Below are positions 57,105 through 64,000 of a DNA stretch of 64,000 nt, piece by piece. Source of the DNA: a candidate division FCPU426 bacterium (GTDB lineage: Bacteria > Oederibacteriota > JAAXVQ01 > JAUVAV01); the NCBI GenBank assembly GCA_030637655.1, contig DAOWGI010000099.1, forward strand, positions 17,414 through 81,413, read 5' to 3'. Made by a program: the position numbers and the translations under genes. The notes under the pieces were generated by a model. The model was not told the origin of the DNA. It did no database searches and saw only the letters and a list, made by a program, of their open reading frames with translations. The number at the start of each line of letters is the position of its first letter. Position 1 is the first letter of the stretch.

Positions 57105-58505
57105 CTACGTTCGTTTTAAGGCATCCATTACCACACCCCAGCCGTCTGCTATCTGGCTGACAAAATCCGTCCAGGAGCGGAGGGTGAAAAGCCTGCGCAG
57201 CAGATATCCAGGCCGCAGATAAAAACGGATCAGGGCTTCTTTGCGCAAGACCAGGATCTGTTGAGCTGAAAGCTCCTGGGTGGATATAGCACCGTCAATG
57301 CCGGATTGATCCATGGTACTTATGTGTTCATCAATCAATCCTTGGGCAATGGATTCCTTTCGCAATTGTGTTGCTGCCCGGGGAACAGCCACATTAAAAG
57401 CCGCGTAATCCAATGGCAGCTCAAGGGCCAGTTGTATGGTCTTACGTGCTTGTGCTTCCGTCTCTCCGGGCAGACCAAGCATAAAAGTTGCCGCCACCCG
57501 GATTCCGGCTTTGCGACAATTGCTCAAGGTCTCGCGGATCAGGTCTAAATTCATTTTCTTATGGTATTGTTCCAAGGTCGCATCACTGCCGCTTTCCACT
57601 CCGAAAATAATGGTATGGCAGCCGACCCGGGCCATGGCATCCAGCATCTCGTGATTTAAAACATCTGCCCGGGAAAAACACGACCACTGGAATTTAAACT
57701 TATTTGATTCCATAGCTTCGCATAGCTGCAAGGTACGATCGCGCCGCACGCCAAAGGTTTGGTCGAGAAAGAATATTTCCCGCACCCTGTTTTTCTGCAG
57801 CAACTGCATTTCTTTAATAATATCCTCAATTGGCCGCAGACCAAATCCCAGATTCGGAATCACACAAAAAGTGCAGCCAAACGGACAACCGTAATCCGTA
57901 AGCATGGCTGTCATGGGATGTGCCAGCATAAATGGAAAACGGTAGCGAGGAAGCGGAAAAAGCTCATGCCTCGGAGTCGGAATGCGATAATCGCCGCGCT
58001 GCCGGTGTAATCCGCCGGTGATGAATGATCCGGATTGGGTGGAACGATAAACCGTATTGGGAATGGGCTGCTGCTCACGCTGTTCAATCAAAGTCAATAC
58101 ATCTTCGGTCACAAAGTTTAATAAAGCCGCCTCAATTTCCGGCACTTCCTGCAAACGTTTTTCCGTGTCTTCCAGGAGCAGATCGCCGACCGCAATAATA
58201 TACGCCGGGGTTTGCTCTTTAAGCTGACGTAAAAATACTTTATCTTCTTCCCAGGAAGCGGCCCCTACGAGTGTAATAATAACCTCCGGAGCCATGGCTT
58301 GTATTTTGATCAGACTCTCACTGACCGACAGCCCTTCAACAATGCCATCCTGCACCATCACTTCGTGCCGGCCGGATAGAATTCCAGAGAGCATCAACAA
58401 AACAATCGGCGGAGAGATGTAATTCGCTTTGGATAATTTCGAACAGAAATAATCCCGGATATAATTTTTAGATCCCGGAGGATTAAGCAATAAGACCCGG
58501 CTCAC
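57105..58505 (-). CDS. Cobalamin-binding radical SAM protein (class B-like)
   Basis: N-terminal B12-binding-like domain; GCPFGCTFC; FGVESG; FMLGLPGET. Confidence 0.9.
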   Translation of the reverse strand: MSRVLLLNPPGSKNYIRDYFCSKLSKANYISPPIVLLMLSGILSGRHEVMVQDGIVEGLSVSESLIKIQAMAPEVIITLVGAASWEEDKVFLRQLKEQTPAYIIAVGDLLLEDTEKRLQEVPEIEAALLNFVTEDVLTLIEQREQQPIPNTVYRSTQSGSFITGGLHRQRGDYRIPTPRHELFPLPRYRFPFMLAHPMTAMLTDYGCPFGCTFCVIPNLGFGLRPIEDIIKEMQLLQKNRVREIFFLDQTFGVRRDRTLQLCEAMESNKFKFQWSCFSRADVLNHEMLDAMARVGCHTIIFGVESGSDATLEQYHKKMNLDLIRETLSNCRKAGIRVAATFMLGLPGETEAQARKTIQLALELPLDYAAFNVAVPRAATQLRKESIAQGLIDEHISTMDQSGIDGAISTQELSAQQILVLRKEALIRFYLRPGYLLRRLFTLRSWTDFVSQIADGWGVVMDALKRT

Positions 58506-58521
58506 AAATGACTCCTTAAGT

Positions 58522-59367
58522 TCAGTATTTCCAATCAGTATTCTGCCTTTTTCTCGCTGTCACATGCACACCCATGGCTCCGCGCGCGCTGTGCCGAATA
58601 CTGCCTTCCAGCCAGGTAATCACGGATAATACCCGCCGCGCCTGCCGTAAACACCACCCTTTTAAACCTCCGTTGGTTTGCAAAGCCTGGGCTGCCCAAA
58701 GCGCCTGAGGATTATTGCTTCTGGCTACCCGGTTAAAAAACATATAGTCAAATTGCTGGGTAATAAAATAATCCGCGTGCCGCTGCCGCAGTATTTCAAA
58801 TCCTGAGTCTTTCAGCAAGTCAATCAACTGTTGCGTGGTATACTGTTGCTGATGCCCGCCGAATTTTGCTTTAACCACATGTCCTTTTTTTACATAAATG
58901 GTATTAGAATTCCCTTCGCACGGAACATACATATGTAAAATTCCGCCGGGAACGAGTACCCGGGCACTTTCCGTCAAAACACGCTTTGGATCATTTACGT
59001 GCTCCAGAATATCAAACCCCATGACGGCCGCGAATCGTTGATCCTTAAAGGGCAATGCTTGTACATCAGCCACCGTGCCCTGGACCTCAGCAATATCCTC
59101 AACGCAGCGTAAGGCTTGCGGATCCAGATCCACAGCAGCCAATGCCTGTTTTGGTCTGGCCCGGCGCAAAGCACGCAGATACTGACCGCCGCCACAGCCC
59201 AGTTCCAATACTTCACCCTGCACAGCACGCAAAGCACGCAGGGCACGTTTAATTTTCAAACCGGACAAAGACCAGGAACGCGGATTGGCCACACCACGAC
59301 CATAGACAAATCCCGGCGGATAAGGATTGGGACTACTGTTTGCGGACTGGTTTTGATTTGTTTTCAT
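58522..59367 (-). CDS. Class I SAM-dependent methyltransferase
   Basis: VLELGCGGG, DILEHV, RVLVPGG. Confidence 0.88.
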   Translation of the reverse strand: MKTNQNQSANSSPNPYPPGFVYGRGVANPRSWSLSGLKIKRALRALRAVQGEVLELGCGGGQYLRALRRARPKQALAAVDLDPQALRCVEDIAEVQGTVADVQALPFKDQRFAAVMGFDILEHVNDPKRVLTESARVLVPGGILHMYVPCEGNSNTIYVKKGHVVKAKFGGHQQQYTTQQLIDLLKDSGFEILRQRHADYFITQQFDYMFFNRVARSNNPQALWAAQALQTNGGLKGWCLRQARRVLSVITWLEGSIRHSARGAMGVHVTARKRQNTDWKY

Positions 59368-60166
59368 GTATCTCAACCCGGCGCAGACTGGAGAATAGAA
59401 ATTTCAAGATCAGGGTCATTAAAAAACTCTGGATCATAATACGCCAATCAAAGGTGGATTTTCCTTCTTTGCGATCCACAAACACAATGGGAATCTCTTT
59501 AATCCGGAAGCCCCGCAGCGTGGCTTTGTACAACAACTCTTGCACAATGGAAGGACCCAAAGAAATCGTATTATCCATCTTAATGGTTTCCAGCACCGGG
59601 CGGCGAAACAAGCGATACCCGGAGGTGCAATCACATACATTCGCAATTTTCAATACACGACGGATATAAAAATTCGCCAGCTTGGTTATACTATGCCGAA
59701 TCCAGCCGCGATCCAAATCTTTGCCGCCCGGAATAAATCGCGACCCCACCACCACATCGCAGTGCCGGGCTGTGCGCAGCAATTCCGGGATATAACGCGG
59801 ATGATGGGAAAAATCCGCATCCATCTCAATAATCATATCCGCTTTTTGTTCCAAGGCATATTTAAAACCTTTAATCCCCGCTGTGCCTCTGCCCCGTTCA
59901 TGCAAACGGTGTACCACGTGTAAAAACGAGCGCTTTTTAGCCAATTGGTCCAGCCTGCGGCCTGTCCCGTCCGGCGAAGCATCGTCCACAACCACAATAT
60001 GCAAGTTATTGATATGCAGTCCTTCAATGGCTTCAATCAGGGATTGAATATTCTCCTTTTCATTGTAAGTAGGAATCATCACAAATATCTTAGGCTGCTT
60101 TTTTTCAACAGTCGCGCGCTTGAGTACAGCTTTTTTCCTGGTTGCAGTTTTGACTTTTTTAATCAT
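59333..60166 (-). CDS. GT2 polyprenol-phosphate glycosyltransferase (DPM1-like)
   Basis: IPTYNEKEN, VVDDASPDGT, MDADFSH, GSRF, DCTSGYR. Confidence 0.9.
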   Translation of the reverse strand: MIKKVKTATRKKAVLKRATVEKKQPKIFVMIPTYNEKENIQSLIEAIEGLHINNLHIVVVDDASPDGTGRRLDQLAKKRSFLHVVHRLHERGRGTAGIKGFKYALEQKADMIIEMDADFSHHPRYIPELLRTARHCDVVVGSRFIPGGKDLDRGWIRHSITKLANFYIRRVLKIANVCDCTSGYRLFRRPVLETIKMDNTISLGPSIVQELLYKATLRGFRIKEIPIVFVDRKEGKSTFDWRIMIQSFLMTLILKFLFSSLRRVEIHENKSKPVRKQ

Positions 60167-61323
60167 GCCGGGGCTCTCCAGAGCTGTTGCAAAACGGACC
60201 AGACCGTATCTGGTGAAATGCTCTCCATGCAGGTAGGCGATTTGTCACAGGTTTGGCGATAGCAAGGGACACAGGACAACTCTGCCACCACCTTTTCGCC
60301 CAAACCAAACATCTCAATCTCTTGGGCGCAGGTTGGTCCAAAAAGAGCAATGGTCGGACGTTTAAGTGCCAAGGCCATATGCAAGGCCAGGGTATCACCG
60401 GTAATCACGACCCGGCAAGCCTGAATAAAACCGGCAAATTCCCGTAAGGTATGCTCTCCGCTCGTATCCAATAGCCTTTCACCGGCCAGGGAACAGATGC
60501 TTTCATTGACAGCGATCTCATCCGGGCCTCCCAATAATACGACTTCGGCTTGCAGCTCCTTTTTCGCACGTTTGGCTATCTCAGCAAAACCGGATTCAGT
60601 CCAACGTTTGCGCTGAAAGGCCGGGCCACATCCGGTGACCAAACCCAGGATTGGACGCTGAGCAGCCTGGTTCTGCTCCTGGATAAATTTTTTAAAACAC
60701 GCCAGATCCTGCCCGCCGAGTTCCAATTGATAAGGTTCTTGCGCATATTCCAAACCCACGGCCTCAAATATTATCTGCATATAAGTTTTTTGATTCTTTT
60801 TAAACTTCAAATCATCACTTACACCCAATGCCAGGGAGTAGGCAGCTTCAGGATTAAAAATATGCGGCGTCCCCACACCATCCGCTGCCAGGTTCCAGCC
60901 CAATTTTTGTTCAGCCTGAACCAGATTGGCCAACCCAATAGCATGCGGATCTTTGTCCAAACAGATCACTATATCAAAGGTCCGGGCTTGAATTTCCACC
61001 AGGCTTTTTAATTCCCAGGCCAGCAAACGATCGAGCCCGGAAATATCCTGCAGGAGTTCCACGGATTCGGGCGCTGTAAGCCAGGTAATGTGCGCCTTGG
61101 CATACTTTTTCTTTAATCCGGCCAAGAGCGGTGTGGTACGTAACACATCTCCGCGCGCGCCCAATTTTATTAATAATATCCTGGGTCCGAGTTTTGCATA
61201 GGCCTCGCAATCGTCACAGAAACGATTCTGAGCACAGGGTTTATCCCCTTGCCAAAATTGACAATCCGTTTTAAATTGCACGTAAGCAAACCTCTCAGCA
61301 GCTATTTTTTCTTCTGATACCAC
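60163..61323 (-). CDS. GT9 (heptosyltransferase-like) with terminal Cys clusters
   Basis: KLGARGDVLRT, KRW, TGDTLALHMA, LFGPT. Confidence 0.88.
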   Translation of the reverse strand: MVSEEKIAAERFAYVQFKTDCQFWQGDKPCAQNRFCDDCEAYAKLGPRILLIKLGARGDVLRTTPLLAGLKKKYAKAHITWLTAPESVELLQDISGLDRLLAWELKSLVEIQARTFDIVICLDKDPHAIGLANLVQAEQKLGWNLAADGVGTPHIFNPEAAYSLALGVSDDLKFKKNQKTYMQIIFEAVGLEYAQEPYQLELGGQDLACFKKFIQEQNQAAQRPILGLVTGCGPAFQRKRWTESGFAEIAKRAKKELQAEVVLLGGPDEIAVNESICSLAGERLLDTSGEHTLREFAGFIQACRVVITGDTLALHMALALKRPTIALFGPTCAQEIEMFGLGEKVVAELSCVPCYRQTCDKSPTCMESISPDTVWSVLQQLWRAPA

Positions 61324-62231
61324 TCAATAGTCCTAAGCAAACCTTCACGCAAGGGAACCCGCGGTGACCAGCGTAATATTTTATACGCCTTGGAAATATC
61401 CGGCTTGCGCCGAACCGGATCATCCGCGGGCAATGGTTTATAAACAGTTTTCAATACTTTGCCCATCAATTCCTTAATCATATCCGCCGCTTCCAGAATA
61501 GTAAACTCATTGGGATTCCCCAGATTAAAGACCTCACCGCGTGTCTTGGGCAAAAAAGCGGCACGGACAATCCCCTCCACCAAATCATCCACATAACAGA
61601 AGCTCCGGGTCTGACAACCGGAACCATAGACTGTTAATTTTTCACCGCGCAGCGCTTGATTGATAAAATTGGAAATAACCCGGCCATCGTCTTTTTGCAA
61701 GCGCGGACCATAGGTATTGAATATCCGGATAATCCGGGCATTCAAGCGGAATTTGCGCACATACTCCATGGTCAGGGCTTCCCCAAAGCGCTTAGACTCA
61801 TCATAGCAGGCACGTTCACCATTGGGATTGACATTGCCCCAATCCGTCTCTTTTTGCGGATGCCGCAACGGATCGCCGTACACTTCCGAGGTACTGGCAA
61901 ATAAATATTTGGCTTTTTGGCGCCGGGCCAATTCCAGCAACTGATGACTGCCCAGCGAATTGGTCAGCATAGTATCAATTGACCAGGTTTTATAATAAGG
62001 AGGTGAAGCATAAGAAGCAAAATTGAAAATATAATCTACCGCCACTTTGAGCGGCTGCCGTATATCCTGTTTTATAAATTTGAATTGCCTGGATTTTTTA
62101 GCCTCACTAAGGTTGGCCAATCGTCCGGTTTTGAGATTATCCACACAAATGACTGTGTGCCTCATTTCAAGTAAACGCTCGCACAAGTGCGAGCCAATGA
62201 ATCCGGCTCCGCCGGCAACAAGAATACGCAT
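61302..62231 (-). CDS. UDP-glucuronate decarboxylase-like SDR (UDP-xylose synthase family)
   Basis: GGAGFIGSH, ASTSEVYGDP, YDESKR, RIFNTYGPR, DGRVISNF, DDPVRRKPDI. Confidence 0.9.
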   Translation of the reverse strand: MRILVAGGAGFIGSHLCERLLEMRHTVICVDNLKTGRLANLSEAKKSRQFKFIKQDIRQPLKVAVDYIFNFASYASPPYYKTWSIDTMLTNSLGSHQLLELARRQKAKYLFASTSEVYGDPLRHPQKETDWGNVNPNGERACYDESKRFGEALTMEYVRKFRLNARIIRIFNTYGPRLQKDDGRVISNFINQALRGEKLTVYGSGCQTRSFCYVDDLVEGIVRAAFLPKTRGEVFNLGNPNEFTILEAADMIKELMGKVLKTVYKPLPADDPVRRKPDISKAYKILRWSPRVPLREGLLRTIEWYQKKK

Positions 62232-62354
62232 TATTTATTCCTTCCCCTTATTTCTTGCTCGAAATATAACTTTTTATTTTATAACATGATTACTATTTTT
62301 ACCGTAATTTTTTTCTGACATTTTCCCATCCGCTCAAACGGACGGGGACGGTCA

Positions 62355-62429
62355 TCGGCGGCAGTTCACTGGTGTAGCATACGGTTGTCAACCGCTAGGT
62401 TGTTGGTTCGAGTCCAATCCGGGGAGCCA
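62355..62429 (+). pseudogene. Degenerate tRNA-like sequence (tRNA-Asn-type 3' half; loop reads GTC)
   Basis: Intact T-arm GTTGG-TTCGAGT-CCAAT and CCGGGGA-G-CCA; mismatched acceptor, D and anticodon stems. Confidence 0.6.
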
Positions 62430-62541
62430 ACAATTTTACGAAGCAAAATTGCAGAGCAATCGTTAATCGAGAATCGAAAATCGCAACTTCTATTTGCGGT
62501 CGATTCTCCACTCTCGATTTTCGGCCTTTGTGAAGTTTACA

Positions 62542-62583
62542 TAAAAGCCTGCTTCCCATTCGGAAGCAGGCTTTTATTTTTTT
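62542..62583. terminator. Intrinsic terminator
   Basis: TAAAAGCCTGCTTCC-CATTC-GGAAGCAGGCTTTTA followed by a T run. Confidence 0.8.
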
Positions 62584-62909
62584 CATTTCTCCTGCATGGA
62601 TTTCCCGATTCCACGGTATAATTGCAATTGTAGGGAACGGTCGCGACCGTTCCCTACATAACAAAATCAAACCATTGCCCGGTATCATAGGGGTATTTAA
62701 AACCACAACATCAAAATTGATTCACAATATTGATTTTAATGATTTCAAATGGCAAAAATCATATTACGATCACATCATCCGTAAATCCGATTCCCTCTTT
62801 CATATTCGAAATTACATCCGAAATAATCCACTAAGTTTACAAAGTTGACACCGTCCCTCATCACTCATTGGTTTTTCAGTTTGACCCCCACGGTACCAAG
62901 TACCACTCT

Positions 62910-64000
62910 CTAACAATCATCCCTTATCTCTTCAAATAGCAACCCAAGCGCTTTCTCATGCTTCTGAAGAACTGCACGTTCCTGACTGGTTACTATCGAA
63001 ATGGCAACACCGGCTTTGCCACTTCTGCCTGTGCGTCCCACACGATGCAGATAGCCATCTACGGTATCAGGCATATCAACATTAAAAACGTGGGTAACAT
63101 CTTTTATATCGAGCCCCCTGGCGGCAATATCAGAGGCAATTAAAACACTTAACTTTCCGGTGCGATATTTTTCCATTGTTGCTTTGCGGTCCATTTTATT
63201 GTCATCGCCATGGAGACTGGCGACTTTGACACCATGGTATTTTAATTCACTGACGATCTTTTTGATTTCATTAGCTGTATTAACAAAGACCAACGACTTA
63301 GCGGCTTTCGTATGAACGATAAGCTTTCTTAGCCTATCAATCTTATTCTTATAGGTTGTTGTAGCAAACCTATGCTCGATTGTATTTGGTATGTTGTTGC
63401 TGGTATCTACTTTTAAAAACCGGGGTTCCTTCATTATAGATTTGGTCGTTTCTATAGTTCTAGATGAAATGGTAGCTGAAACAAGTATCATCTGCCGGTC
63501 ACGTGGCGTTGTTTTTATAACGTCATTAATAATCTTGCTATTTTTTGCATCAAACAACCTATCTGCTTCGTCAACAATAATGGTCTTAATCGTATGAGCT
63601 GATATTTTTTTCTTCCTAATCAATTGCAATACTCTGCCGGCAGTGCCAATTATAATTTGCGGTTTATCACGCAGTTTTAATAATTGCCGTTCAATATTAA
63701 CGTTTCCTATGATGACAGCACCTGTTAATTCGTTGTCTGAGTTTTGAGACAACCGTTCGACTTGACGTAATATTTGCACAGCCAGCTCGTGAGTAGGCAC
63801 AAGAACCAAGGCTTGCATCTCTCTGATCGGTTGCAATTTTTCAAAGAGCGGCAATAAAAAAGCCAGCGTCTTTCCTGTCCCTGTTTGAGATTGAACCATT
63901 AAATCGAGATGCCTGATCGCCTCTGGAATAACCAATGCCTGTATCGGCGTAGGTACAGTAATCTGTTCTACAGCCAGTGCTGCAACCAGACGTTGAGATA
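62910..64000 (-). CDS. DEAD-box RNA helicase (start lies outside the window)
   Basis: Q motif PTPIQ, TGTGKT, PTHEL, DEAD, SAT, HRVGRTGR; frame open to 64000. Confidence 0.93.
   Translation of the reverse strand, partial: SQRLVAALAVEQITVPTPIQALVIPEAIRHLDLMVQSQTGTGKTLAFLLPLFEKLQPIREMQALVLVPTHELAVQILRQVERLSQNSDNELTGAVIIGNVNIERQLLKLRDKPQIIIGTAGRVLQLIRKKKISAHTIKTIIVDEADRLFDAKNSKIINDVIKTTPRDRQMILVSATISSRTIETTKSIMKEPRFLKVDTSNNIPNTIEHRFATTTYKNKIDRLRKLIVHTKAAKSLVFVNTANEIKKIVSELKYHGVKVASLHGDDNKMDRKATMEKYRTGKLSVLIASDIAARGLDIKDVTHVFNVDMPDTVDGYLHRVGRTGRSGKAGVAISIVTSQERAVLQKHEKALGLLFEEIRDDC

Overview
Chromosomal segment of an anaerobic, diderm bacterium. The Thr/Pro-linker plus YPNP C-terminal-domain proteins and an IQDLH-motif protein resemble uncultured Elusimicrobiota-related lineages; this is inference only. 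Core genes: GH65 phosphorylase plus GT4, asnS, GH2 and GH130 mannoside enzymes, TolC, cls, two aldolases, hypABFCDE, hycI, a complete 14-gene Pyrococcus-type mbhA-N [NiFe]-hydrogenase operon, znuACB, a surface-glycan cluster and a DEAD-box helicase. The most striking layer is non-coding. (i) A family of 164-236 bp MITE-like elements shares GTAAC...GTTAC ends; three of five have 8-bp target duplications, they carry two different palindromic cargoes, and one cargo has a core flipped between copies. (ii) About 25 GTAG-type REPs occur with a truncated RAYT; REPs supply the stop codon of 4-5 genes and one lies in frame in znuA. (iii) Four cassettes (L,D-transpeptidase, cls, a DUF5674 pair, a Kelch surface protein) are bounded by repeats with no recombinase in the window. 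Notable proteins: an HDAC11-like deacylase with an apparent signal peptide, a STAS-Ig-Zn-ribbon-RsbW fusion, and a GH2 with an acid/base Glu-to-Lys change. All calls come from motif recognition by eye; no searches were run.
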